Assembly (NCBI GenBank): GCA_030065755.1
Contig: JASJDA010000003.1
Coordinates: forward strand, 5,454-69,453
Direction: 5' to 3'
DNA length: 64,000 nt
DNA from: Prochloraceae cyanobacterium
GTDB taxonomy: Bacteria > Cyanobacteriota > Cyanobacteriia > Cyanobacteriales > JASJDA01
A program made the position numbers and the translations under genes. The notes below the pieces were generated by a model. That model was not told the origin of the DNA and made no database searches. It saw only the letters and a list, made by a program, of their open reading frames with translations. Positions 17,897-26,975 of the stretch are shown one piece after another. Position 1 is the stretch's first letter. Every line of letters starts with the position of its first letter.

Positions 17897-19216
17897 ATGA
17901 CAAGAATTCTGCGACTGGCAGAAATGACACCAGAAGACCTGGCTTCGTTAAAAAGACGAGCAGAATTGGACATCGAAAATGCTCTTTCAATTGCTAAAGA
18001 GGCGATCGATAAAATTAAACTACAGGGCGACTCAGCAGTTATAGAATATGTCAGGAAATTTGACTATCCTGGGGCAGAAGTAGGTAACATCAAAGTTACA
18101 GAAGAAGAATTCGATCGCGCGCAACAAGAGATCGAACCAGAAATAAGAGAAGCGATCGCCCATGCTTACTCTAATATTAAGGAAGTTCACCAACGCCAAA
18201 TGCCTGAAGAAATGAGCATGGCGGAAATAGACAAGGGTGTCTTTGCAGGAGAAAAAGTAACTCCAGTCCCCAACGCAGGGTTATACGTCCCCAGAGGTAA
18301 AGGCGCTTTTCCTTCAGTAATGCTAATGCTTAGCGTCCCTGCTGTGGTTGCTGGGGTTCCTAGAGTCATGGTATGTACTCCCCCCGATAAAAATGGGAAT
18401 GTGGAACCAGCATCTTTAGTTGCAGCAGCGATGGCTGGTGTCAAAGAAGTATATAAACTGGGAGGAATTCAGGCGATCGCTGCAATGGCTTTGGGAACCC
18501 AAACTATTCCTAAAGTTGATAAAATTACTGGACCTTGCAATGTTTACGGTTCTGCCGCCAAACGCTTACTATACGGTACAGTAGACGTAGGATTACCTGC
18601 AGGACCTAGCGAATCTATTATACTCACCGACGAGACTACTGACCCCCAATTAGCCGCTCTAGATCTATTAATTGAAGCAGAACACGGACCGGACTCAGCA
18701 GCACTTTTAGTGACTCACAGCGAATCTTTGGCTACAAAAGCGATCGAATACCTCTCCGAGTATCTCAAACGACTTCCAGAATGGCGCAGGAAATTTTGCG
18801 AGAAAGGACTCTCCTCCTACGGTGGTATCTTGCTAACTTCCAGTTTGGAAGAGTCGATCGCTTTTCTCAACGACTACGCACCCGAACACTTAGAAGTTTT
18901 GGTTAAAGATCCTTTTAGCATTTTAGGAGAAATCAAAAACGCAGGAGAAATCTTACTAGGAAATTACACTCCTATTCCTACTGCTAATTACTGTTTGGGG
19001 GTAAATGCTATTCTTCCCACAGGAAGTTTTGCTCGTTCCTATTCTGCTGTGTCGGTCTTTGATTTTCTCAAGCGATCGGGTATTGGCTATCTAACCCAAG
19101 AAGGATTTGAGAAATTGAAAAAAACAGCCTCTACTTTAGCAGAGTACGAAGGTTTTCCCGCTCACGCAATGGCAATTCGGGAACGAGATGTTTTGTTAAA
19201 ACCCGATCGTTCCTGA
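17897..19216 (+). CDS. hisD: Histidinol dehydrogenase-family protein (divergent paralogue)
   Basis: GLYVPRGKG, LGGIQAIAA, PAGPSE, DLLIEAEHG, APEHL, LPTG. Confidence 0.9.
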   Translation: MTRILRLAEMTPEDLASLKRRAELDIENALSIAKEAIDKIKLQGDSAVIEYVRKFDYPGAEVGNIKVTEEEFDRAQQEIEPEIREAIAHAYSNIKEVHQRQMPEEMSMAEIDKGVFAGEKVTPVPNAGLYVPRGKGAFPSVMLMLSVPAVVAGVPRVMVCTPPDKNGNVEPASLVAAAMAGVKEVYKLGGIQAIAAMALGTQTIPKVDKITGPCNVYGSAAKRLLYGTVDVGLPAGPSESIILTDETTDPQLAALDLLIEAEHGPDSAALLVTHSESLATKAIEYLSEYLKRLPEWRRKFCEKGLSSYGGILLTSSLEESIAFLNDYAPEHLEVLVKDPFSILGEIKNAGEILLGNYTPIPTANYCLGVNAILPTGSFARSYSAVSVFDFLKRSGIGYLTQEGFEKLKKTASTLAEYEGFPAHAMAIRERDVLLKPDRS

Positions 19217-19220
19217 GAGA

Positions 19221-19373
19221 TGGGGAGAGTGGGGGAGTGGGGGAGTGGGAGAGTGGGGGAGGTCAGAGGTCAGAGGTCAGCCAACAGCAAATAGCAAATA
19301 GCAAATAGCAAATAGCCAACAGCTAACAGCAAATAGCCAACAGCCAACAGCAAATAGCAAACAGCAAAGAACA
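19221..19373 (+). repeat. Compound STRR tract (GGGGAGT / GGTCAGA / AATAGCA-CAGCCAA heptamers)
   Basis: Three different heptamer families directly in tandem between hisD and the kinase gene. Confidence 0.9.
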
Positions 19374-19387
19374 AAAAGGAGCAAAAT

Positions 19388-20614
19388 TTGTCAGATATAG
19401 AGTTACAGCAAATCCAGGCTATTCAATTTAGCGATCGAGCCACTGCAAATCGATTGCTTAAAGATTTTTTCAATGCTAATTTACCTTTTGGGGTGAAAGA
19501 AGTTACCGTGCGTCCTTTAGCTGTTTCTCTGAATTCTATTAATGGATTTATCTTTACAGAAGAGGGAGAAAAGCTATTTTTTAAAACCCACGTGGAACCT
19601 CAAAGTATTATTGACGAATACTATAATTCTGGCATTTTAGCGGAAGCGGGTTATCCAGTAATTCAACCAATTTTTAGTTCTACGGAATGGGGAAAGCAAC
19701 TACTAATTTATAAGTTTTTTGACTCCCCTTCTTTGTTTAATGTCATCCGCGATTTGGAAACTAATAAGAGAACAGATGCAGAAAAAATAGTTGACATTCA
19801 ACAGGAAGCAGACGAACAATTGTGGGATATATATCTCAAAACACTGCAATCTTTAACAGCAGCAGAACACGCTAAAGTTCCCGTTCACCAGTTATTTTAT
19901 CATCGCTTAACTGGAGGACGTTTTACTAGCTTTTATCAAAATAAAGAGATCATTTTACCAGGAGAGAAGATCGACTTCGATCGCTTGGCCCAATTGAAAT
20001 GGGTTATTAATGGAATTGAATTTAAACACACTTTGGACGAATTAGTAGAATTAGCAATTCAATATTTAAATCCATCTAGTCAAGATACGTCGTCAGTAGT
20101 CGGTCACGGAGATGCTCACAACGGTAACGTATTTATTGACGAACAAAATAAAAGTTTAGTGTATTTCGATCCCGCTTTTGCAGGTCGTCACTCGCCTTTT
20201 TTGGATTTGACAAAACCTCTATTTCACAACGTTTTTGCTATCTGGATGTATTTTCCTCAAGAAGTTGCTAGCGAATTATCTATTCAAAGCAAAATACAAG
20301 AAAATACTATTGTTGTAGAGCATAATTTTGTGCCAGCAAAAGTGAGGATTGATATATTGCGATCGAAACTGGAAAGAGTCCTCAAACCTCTCTTGAAAGA
20401 ACTCAAAGCGAGGAATTTACTCGACGATCGCTGGAGAGAATATTTAAAATTAGCACTGTTTTGCTGTCCTTTTTTGACTATGAACCTGAGTGACTCGAAT
20501 AAATTTCCTCCTGAAATTTCTCTGTTAGGTTTTGCCATGTCAGTAGAAATGGGAAGTACAAACACGGGAGAAAAAAGAAGTTTACTCGATTCTGAATTGG
20601 ATAAAGTTATATAG
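19388..20614 (+). CDS. APH/choline-kinase-like small-molecule phosphotransferase of unknown substrate
   Basis: FFKTH (VAIK-like Lys), catalytic loop HGDAHNGN, metal-binding YFDP. TTG start preceded by AAGGAG. Confidence 0.7.
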   Translation: MSDIELQQIQAIQFSDRATANRLLKDFFNANLPFGVKEVTVRPLAVSLNSINGFIFTEEGEKLFFKTHVEPQSIIDEYYNSGILAEAGYPVIQPIFSSTEWGKQLLIYKFFDSPSLFNVIRDLETNKRTDAEKIVDIQQEADEQLWDIYLKTLQSLTAAEHAKVPVHQLFYHRLTGGRFTSFYQNKEIILPGEKIDFDRLAQLKWVINGIEFKHTLDELVELAIQYLNPSSQDTSSVVGHGDAHNGNVFIDEQNKSLVYFDPAFAGRHSPFLDLTKPLFHNVFAIWMYFPQEVASELSIQSKIQENTIVVEHNFVPAKVRIDILRSKLERVLKPLLKELKARNLLDDRWREYLKLALFCCPFLTMNLSDSNKFPPEISLLGFAMSVEMGSTNTGEKRSLLDSELDKVI

Positions 20615-20619
20615 AGAAA

Positions 20620-21180
20620 ATGACTAATGGTTTCGCTCCATCTGTAACACTAGAAGAGTTTTTGAGACTACTAGAAACTAAACCTGCATCTGAATTTGTT
20701 CGCGGAGAAATTATTAAAAAACCAATGCCTCAAGGGGAACATAGTAGATTACAATCTAAATTGTGTGCTGCTATTAACGAAGTTGCTGAATCGCAGAAAA
20801 TAGCTTATGCTTTCCCAGAGTTACGCTGTAGTTTTGGCGGATATTCGATCGTTCCCGATATTTCTGTGTTTCTTTGGGAGAGGATTCCTTTGAGTTTTTT
20901 GGGTAGAATTGCTAATCGTTTTGAGATTCATCCAGATTGGGTAATTGAAATTCTTTCTCCCGATCGAAAACAGACAAAAGTGTTAGAAAATTTGCTTCAT
21001 TGTTCTCAGCATGGGACAAAATTAGGTTGGTTAATTGACCTAGAAGAAGAAAGCATTCTAGTTGTGTTTCCCGAACAAAGGGTAAAATTATTTAGAAAAA
21101 AAACTCGATTACCAATTCTCCGACCGATCGAATTGGTGTTGACAGTAGAAAATGTTTTTAATTGGTTGAAAATGAAATAA
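20620..21180 (+). CDS. Uma2/DUF820 family endonuclease-fold protein
   Basis: ETKPASEF, KPMPQGEHSRLQ, FPELRC, VPDI, PDWVIEILSP, LGWLID. Confidence 0.92.
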   Translation: MTNGFAPSVTLEEFLRLLETKPASEFVRGEIIKKPMPQGEHSRLQSKLCAAINEVAESQKIAYAFPELRCSFGGYSIVPDISVFLWERIPLSFLGRIANRFEIHPDWVIEILSPDRKQTKVLENLLHCSQHGTKLGWLIDLEEESILVVFPEQRVKLFRKKTRLPILRPIELVLTVENVFNWLKMK

Positions 21181-21205
21181 TAAAAAGTCAAAAATAGCGA
21201 TCGCA

Positions 21206-22381
21206 ATGGAAAAACTTAATTTAGAACGACTCAATACACTGATTTTTGACTTAGATGGGGTCATTACTAGCGAAAAAAAATATTGGAATACTGCCAAACT
21301 CACTGTTTGGGAGTTAATTTGTAGCGAAAATTACTTGGGAATTAGTCAATATTTTGGCAACAGTCCCGACGTTTCGACGAGATTGGTTGACGTGGGAGAC
21401 AGAGTTATACCCAATAGCTTTATTTACCAACTCAAAAGTCGCGCAATTAACTCTAACTGGGATTTAACTTTTTTTGTTATTTGCTTACATTTAGTAGCTA
21501 TTCTCGGCGAATTTAAACGAGTAAAAGGAAATAGTTGGAATAATATTCTCGATAGCAACCATCTCTCGATCGCCGATAAATTAAAACAGTTAGGACGACA
21601 CCTACAAGATATCGAATATAGCGCACCGCGTAGCGGATCTCTTCGAAATCGTATTAGTAATAGTGTCATAGAAGAGTTTTGGCAAGAAACAATCGAGCTA
21701 ACTGGTACTGCAGTACTGGATTATGTGAATTATTTCAGTAACAAAAAATTAGGTGAGACTCTCCCCTCTTTAGATCCGAAAGGAGAATTGTGGCGATTGT
21801 GCTATGAAAATTTCCAAGCATGGTATGAAGGTAAAAAGGGATACGATCTACCAGATGACGAAACAGTATTAGATTTAGAGAAGATAAAAGCTACATTACA
21901 CACCTTAGGGAACGAGGGTCATTATACCTTAGCGATCGCCACGGGAAGACCGAGGAATGAAGTTATTGAACCTCTGAGTGTTTTAGGACTGCTGCAATAT
22001 TTTGACCCCAAACGAATTGTTACTTATGACGAAGTTTTAGAGGCTGAGTCGAGTTTATCCCACTCGCAGACCCAAATAAAACTAGGTAAACCCCATCCCT
22101 TTGTTTTGTATAAAGCAATTTATCCCGATAAAAGCGCAGACCAATTATCTAGCGATCGATTTCAACTCGCAAATGGTCAGCAAATAGCTTATATAGGAGA
22201 TGCTGGTAGCGATGTCGTCGCTGCTAAAAAAGCAGGATGTATGTCGATCGGAGTTTTGACGGGTTTTGCAGAAGGGAAAGCTAGGGAAAACAAAAAAAAG
22301 ATGTTAGCAGATCTCGGTTGTGATGTTATTTTAGACAGCGTAGTTGAGTTACCGCAATTACTGGGAGTAAAAATCAATTGA
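21206..22381 (+). CDS. HAD-superfamily hydrolase with a large cap (phosphatase)
   Basis: Motif I DLDGVIT, motif II ATGRP, motif III KPHPF, motif IV IGDAGSD. Confidence 0.88.
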   Translation: MEKLNLERLNTLIFDLDGVITSEKKYWNTAKLTVWELICSENYLGISQYFGNSPDVSTRLVDVGDRVIPNSFIYQLKSRAINSNWDLTFFVICLHLVAILGEFKRVKGNSWNNILDSNHLSIADKLKQLGRHLQDIEYSAPRSGSLRNRISNSVIEEFWQETIELTGTAVLDYVNYFSNKKLGETLPSLDPKGELWRLCYENFQAWYEGKKGYDLPDDETVLDLEKIKATLHTLGNEGHYTLAIATGRPRNEVIEPLSVLGLLQYFDPKRIVTYDEVLEAESSLSHSQTQIKLGKPHPFVLYKAIYPDKSADQLSSDRFQLANGQQIAYIGDAGSDVVAAKKAGCMSIGVLTGFAEGKARENKKKMLADLGCDVILDSVVELPQLLGVKIN

Positions 22382-23451
22382 AAGAGAAAATAGATAGTTT
22401 AATTAACGAAAATATCAAAGCTTTAAACCCCAAGCAAGCATTACCTAAAGCAGAAAATGCTATTTACTTGAATAAAGGGGAATTACCCTATCCTCCCTCT
22501 CCTGAAGTAGTAAAGGCGATCGTCGATGCTGCTACCACTGTCAACAGATATCCAGATGTATTAGGAGGTAATTTAAGAAAAGCATTAGCTGAATATACTG
22601 GCAAAAAAGTCGAACAAATTATTATCGGTAATGGTTCGGACGATTTGATTGAATTAATCATTAAAGTGTTTGTCAAACCAGGAGAAGAAGTATTACTTCC
22701 AATTCCCACTTTTTTCGTGTACGGTTTGGCAACTCAAATTATTGGAGGGGTACCAGTTTTTGTCAACAGAAACGAAAATTTCGATCTAGATATTGAAGCA
22801 ATTATAGAGAAAGTTACACCTAAAACTAAGATTTTATTTATTGCCAATCCTAACAATCCTACTGCTAAAATTACTGCTAAAGATACTATTGTAGAAATAC
22901 TCGATCGAGTCAATTGTTTGGTAGTTGTCGATGAATGTTACTATGAATTTTCTCGAAAAACTGTAGCAGATTTACTAGAAAAATATCCAAATTTGATTAT
23001 TTTAAGAAGCTTGTCTAAGAATTTTGGATTAGCAGGACTTAGAGTCGGCTATGGAATAGCAAGTGAAACTATTATTGACTATTGTTATCGAGCAGCTCAA
23101 CTATTTCCAGTTAATAAATTAGCATTAATTGCTGGAGAAATAGCTTTACAAAATCTAGAATATGTTCGAGAAAAAATTGCAGAAATCGATCGGGAAAAAA
23201 GCAATTTAACTAAAGAACTAGAAAAACTCGGCTTTATTGTCTGTCCGTCTGCTGCTAACTTTCTATTTGTCAGAACCAAACCTTTAGGAATAACTTCTAA
23301 AGATTTAGTAGAAGTATTGGCAAATAAAAATATCTTTGTAGCTGATTTTGGCTTAAAACAAGGATTAGATGCCTATTATTTTAGAACAAGCGTAGGCACC
23401 CCACAAGAAAATCAAGCCTTACTGAAAGCTTTGAACCGGAGTTTAGACTAG
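22378..23451 (+). CDS. hisC: Histidinol-phosphate aminotransferase-family PLP enzyme
   Basis: NRYPD, GNGSDDLI, NPNNPT, DECYYEF, RSLSKNFGLAGLRVGY (PLP Lys). TTG start overlaps the HAD stop. Confidence 0.88.
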   Translation: MKEKIDSLINENIKALNPKQALPKAENAIYLNKGELPYPPSPEVVKAIVDAATTVNRYPDVLGGNLRKALAEYTGKKVEQIIIGNGSDDLIELIIKVFVKPGEEVLLPIPTFFVYGLATQIIGGVPVFVNRNENFDLDIEAIIEKVTPKTKILFIANPNNPTAKITAKDTIVEILDRVNCLVVVDECYYEFSRKTVADLLEKYPNLIILRSLSKNFGLAGLRVGYGIASETIIDYCYRAAQLFPVNKLALIAGEIALQNLEYVREKIAEIDREKSNLTKELEKLGFIVCPSAANFLFVRTKPLGITSKDLVEVLANKNIFVADFGLKQGLDAYYFRTSVGTPQENQALLKALNRSLD

Positions 23452-23507
23452 TACTCGGTGCAAAACTCAAACCTTTCCCACATAAGCTTTAGGTTGCACT
23501 AGTCCAA

Positions 23508-24509
23508 TCATAGCAGCATCATGGAAATAAAATTTTCTTGAAAAAATTTATTGTTATCCTCAAACCATTTCCTAGCAGCAGTAGACTTTTTATTTTTTTC
23601 TTGTTGAGTATCTTCAATAACTTGAAAAACCTTTTTCTTTAGATCTAAAGGATCGAAATAAAACGTATCATGCAAATTTCGCTCTTTTCGCTGAATTTTA
23701 GAACACTCTACTAAATATCCTCTATCCGATTGAACTAGCTCATTCATAGGTTTACCGTTAGTTGTTACGATCGATGCACCGCAACTTAAACCTTCTACAA
23801 TAAAGTGACCAAAACCTTCAGCTTCGGATAAACAAAGATGTACTCCACATCTATTCTGTAAATCTAGAACCACTTCATCGGTTACGTATTCATCTAGTAT
23901 CTCAATATTGTGACAATTTTTATAATCGCTCTTATTGACTTGACGTGCTATTACAGTAAGTTTTGGAAATTCAAAATTATTTTTCCATAAATCTAATATC
24001 TGATTAGTTCCTCTTCGATAAGAACTCTTTCCAGCAAGATGAAGAAAATGATTATAATTTTTTCTTATTTTAGTATTTAAATTATCTTTTGATGAAAAAC
24101 TTATAAACTTAGAATTACAGCCAAGATTACTAAATATTTTCTGAGCGTATTTGGTCTTGCATAAAACACAATCAATAAACTCAAGTAAATGAACATTGTT
24201 AGTTGAAAACATCTCATGATTTGGAATTAAAATATTTTTTTCTGCATACCCTAAAAATTCGGGTCTAATTTTTTCTAGAAATATATTGATTCCAAATTTA
24301 CTGCCTCTAGTTTTTAGATATGTTTTGATTTTAGATGTTAGGCTTTGAGGTATACCTAATTTCTTAAAAATACGGCGTTCCGTTATTTTATAATGATTGA
24401 CTTTATAAGCAGATGATTGTAACAATTGCTGTATAATTTCAGCATCTTGTTCTAAACCAGTGGTTCTATTCAGAGCAGCTTTGTAAATCAGATTAACTGT
24501 TTTTTTCAT
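23508..24509 (-). CDS. GT4-like glycosyltransferase
   Basis: HLAGKSSYRRGT, SEAEGFGHFIVEGLSCG (E-x7-E), PMNELV. ATG at 24509 preferred; the longer ORF runs into a repeat. Confidence 0.8.
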   Translation of the reverse strand: MKKTVNLIYKAALNRTTGLEQDAEIIQQLLQSSAYKVNHYKITERRIFKKLGIPQSLTSKIKTYLKTRGSKFGINIFLEKIRPEFLGYAEKNILIPNHEMFSTNNVHLLEFIDCVLCKTKYAQKIFSNLGCNSKFISFSSKDNLNTKIRKNYNHFLHLAGKSSYRRGTNQILDLWKNNFEFPKLTVIARQVNKSDYKNCHNIEILDEYVTDEVVLDLQNRCGVHLCLSEAEGFGHFIVEGLSCGASIVTTNGKPMNELVQSDRGYLVECSKIQRKERNLHDTFYFDPLDLKKKVFQVIEDTQQEKNKKSTAARKWFEDNNKFFQENFISMMLL

Positions 24510-24636
24510 ATTAGGTTGAACAATTTGTTTATTTTCTTTATTATATAGATTAAACGATCGAGCAAAAACAGCAAAAAAAAGTTGGATAATACTTTGGTTT
24601 AGATTAGTACTCGGTGCGAAATCCAAAACCTTTACA

Positions 24637-24742
24637 GTCAGCACCCCGCACTAAAGTGACGGGGTTTCATGCCTCAAAACTTTAATTAGGTGAGACACCT
24701 TACTGCAAATGATTTGAAGAGGTTATGGGGTGTTGTGACCTC
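24637..24742. mobile_element. Orphan IS200/IS605-type end (hairpin remnant, no transposase)
   Basis: GTCAGCA-CCCCGCACTAAAGTGACGGGG-TTTC is the bulged CCCC..GGGG subterminal hairpin typical of IS200/IS605 ends. No tnpA, tnpB or iscB adjacent. Confidence 0.55.
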
Positions 24743-25797
24743 TAACGATCCCAATTTTCGAGATAGTTCATAGCTAATTCAGCAGGTGTATCATTTTTGA
24801 GTGTAATCTTTTTATTAAAAGTCGCATAAAGATTATTTAATATCGATACATCTTCAAAAATGAACCGATCGCGGAATTTGTTTGCCTTTTCGGGAATGTT
24901 GAGAAGTTTTTGCCACCAGGCAAATTCAAAATCCAAATAACTATTTAGAGAAACATTAGTTTTTTCTGGCGATTCTGGATACATAGAAACAACTCCTACA
25001 ACAAGTTGTCCTTTGAAATCTAAAGTAGCAACTGTCAAACTTGGTAAAAATGAATTTAAACATTGAACCATTACGTCTTCAAGTAATAGATTATTTTGAT
25101 TTCTTTTGGCATCTCGATCGTTCCTTTTATACTGAGTAAGTTGCCAAGAAATTTTATTCTCATTCTGAACTAGATTATCAATTTTGATTTCTTTTGTAAG
25201 AAAGGTATCTCGATGAGTCCCAGCAAAATGTTCCCCATCGTGTAGATTCCATATAGGTTGGAGAATATTACAGTTAACTGATTCAGAATGAAAATAAATA
25301 TGGTTGAGTTTGTTCAGATGCAATTGGGAATGAGATTGAGTTAAAAAAGGAACATTACTATAATCTGGAATAGGTAGTAATGGTTCAATTGGTTCGGAAA
25401 CTAATTTTCCTTCACTTTCTTTCCAATGAAGGCCATAAGTCCAAACTAAACCGTCAATAACTTGTAAAGGTAAAACTTGTTGTATTGCTTGACTGGAAAG
25501 ATTTCCTTCTACAATTACTTTCCCATCGCCTAAAAATTGGACTTTATTACCGTGATAAGGACAAGCCAAACAACTTTTTCCTTTAAACTCTAAAATGTAA
25601 CCGCCTTCAGCTAGATTGGCTCCAGCATGAGGACAGATATTATCTAAAGCATTTAAATTACCTTCTTCATCTTTCCAAATTACATAATCGTGACCCAGAA
25701 GAGTAATTAATTTGGGTTTATTAATTTCAAAACTGTCATATCTACCCAAACACCAAGGCGCGCCTTCATACATTTGTGTTTTAGTTTCAACTTTCAT
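24742..25797 (-). CDS. Rieske [2Fe-2S] non-heme iron oxygenase, alpha subunit
   Basis: CPH...CPYH Rieske ligands; NLHDGEHFAGTH mononuclear-Fe motif; distal ED. Confidence 0.85.
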   Translation of the reverse strand: MKVETKTQMYEGAPWCLGRYDSFEINKPKLITLLGHDYVIWKDEEGNLNALDNICPHAGANLAEGGYILEFKGKSCLACPYHGNKVQFLGDGKVIVEGNLSSQAIQQVLPLQVIDGLVWTYGLHWKESEGKLVSEPIEPLLPIPDYSNVPFLTQSHSQLHLNKLNHIYFHSESVNCNILQPIWNLHDGEHFAGTHRDTFLTKEIKIDNLVQNENKISWQLTQYKRNDRDAKRNQNNLLLEDVMVQCLNSFLPSLTVATLDFKGQLVVGVVSMYPESPEKTNVSLNSYLDFEFAWWQKLLNIPEKANKFRDRFIFEDVSILNNLYATFNKKITLKNDTPAELAMNYLENWDR

Positions 25798-25860
25798 TGT
25801 GGCTGTTACTCTCTTTGTATTTTTCTAATGACCAGTATGAAAAGTTTGCCGAGTAACTAG

Positions 25861-25897
25861 CTTGTACATTTTTGCTATTTTTGGATATTCTTGCTAT
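25861..25897 (-). promoter_or_regulatory. Candidate AraC-type direct-repeat site upstream of the Rieske gene
   Basis: Minus strand TAGCAAGAATATCCAAAAA / TAGCAAAAATGTACAAG; TAGCAA repeated at 19-nt spacing, starting at the araC stop. Confidence 0.4.
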
Positions 25898-26826
25898 TTA
25901 TTAAACTGTTTTGAAAAAGTTTTAGGCGTAATACCCACTAGACGCTTGAAATAACGATGAAGATGACTTCGATCTACAAAACCCACTTCCATTGCTATAT
26001 CATCTATGGATAATTTTCCCTGTTTTAATAAATCCTTAGCTCGATCGATACGACAGCGAATCACATATTGATGGGGGGTAATACCTGTAGTTTCCTTAAA
26101 AAGCCGAGAAAAATAATGGGGGCTCATTTGCACGACATTAGCTAATTCCTTTAAGCTTAAGTCGCGATCGAGATGAACGTAAATATAATCTATTACATGT
26201 CGTAATTTATATTGAGGCAGTTTTCCTGCTACACATTCAGAGGAATTGCCAGGAACAGAATAATGTTCTATTAAATGGACGATGAGTGTATTAACTAAAG
26301 TCTCTGCATAAAGACGACTGGTAGAACCACCTTTCGATAAAGCAGATTTAAGTGCGACTCCGATTTGGTAAACGAGTGGATCGGGAGTCGCAAACTGCGG
26401 TAAAAGTTCAATGCGATCGGGATCGACTACTTCGTGAATAGTTTGAGCAAAAGATGTAGGTTCGATCGCGATCGTGACTGCGCTACCTTCGCGATCCCAT
26501 ACTGCTTGATGAGTTGTGTTAGCAGGGACAATAATAATATCTCCTCGAACATTTTGTTCTTGCACCAAACGTCCGTCGATTTTTCTTTCTGTTTGCGCGA
26601 GTGATGAAGGTATATCGGTCAAAATTGCTATGCAATGTTGTTTTGCCGAAGTCTTAGGCATTTCAAATGGAGGCTGTCGATCGTAAGCAATACCGAGATC
26701 TTCCCAGCCAACAGATATGCTAGAAACAAGAGGAGATCGCCTATAAATACGTTTATAACCTTCTTCTTTCTCTTTAGTAAAATCTATTTGTTTTAAAGTT
26801 TTTAATTCTTCCATTACTGTTTTCAC
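25894..26826 (-). CDS. AraC-family transcriptional regulator
   Basis: C-terminal LSLKELA...SPHYFSRLFK...IAMEVGF...HLHRYFKRLVGITP double HTH. Confidence 0.93.
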   Translation of the reverse strand: MKTVMEELKTLKQIDFTKEKEEGYKRIYRRSPLVSSISVGWEDLGIAYDRQPPFEMPKTSAKQHCIAILTDIPSSLAQTERKIDGRLVQEQNVRGDIIIVPANTTHQAVWDREGSAVTIAIEPTSFAQTIHEVVDPDRIELLPQFATPDPLVYQIGVALKSALSKGGSTSRLYAETLVNTLIVHLIEHYSVPGNSSECVAGKLPQYKLRHVIDYIYVHLDRDLSLKELANVVQMSPHYFSRLFKETTGITPHQYVIRCRIDRAKDLLKQGKLSIDDIAMEVGFVDRSHLHRYFKRLVGITPKTFSKQFNK

Positions 26827-26834
26827 AAATAATA

Positions 26835-26941
26835 AAGGATGACAAATGAAGGATGAATTTTTTGGGTTTAAGCTCCTTGCTAATGTTTTAGATATTAACG
26901 AGGTCTAAATCCTTATCCGTCATCCTTTTACTTTCATCCTT
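26835..26941. repeat. MITE-like element with inverted AAGGATG(A)/CATCCTT STRR arms
   Basis: Left arm AAGGATGACAAATGAAGGATGAA, right arm CCTTATCCGTCATCCTTTTACTTTCATCCTT; related copy at about 43725-43850. Confidence 0.55.
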
Positions 26942-26975
26942 ACCTTTTTTTAAAGCTAGCTAACTTTCTCCAGTT

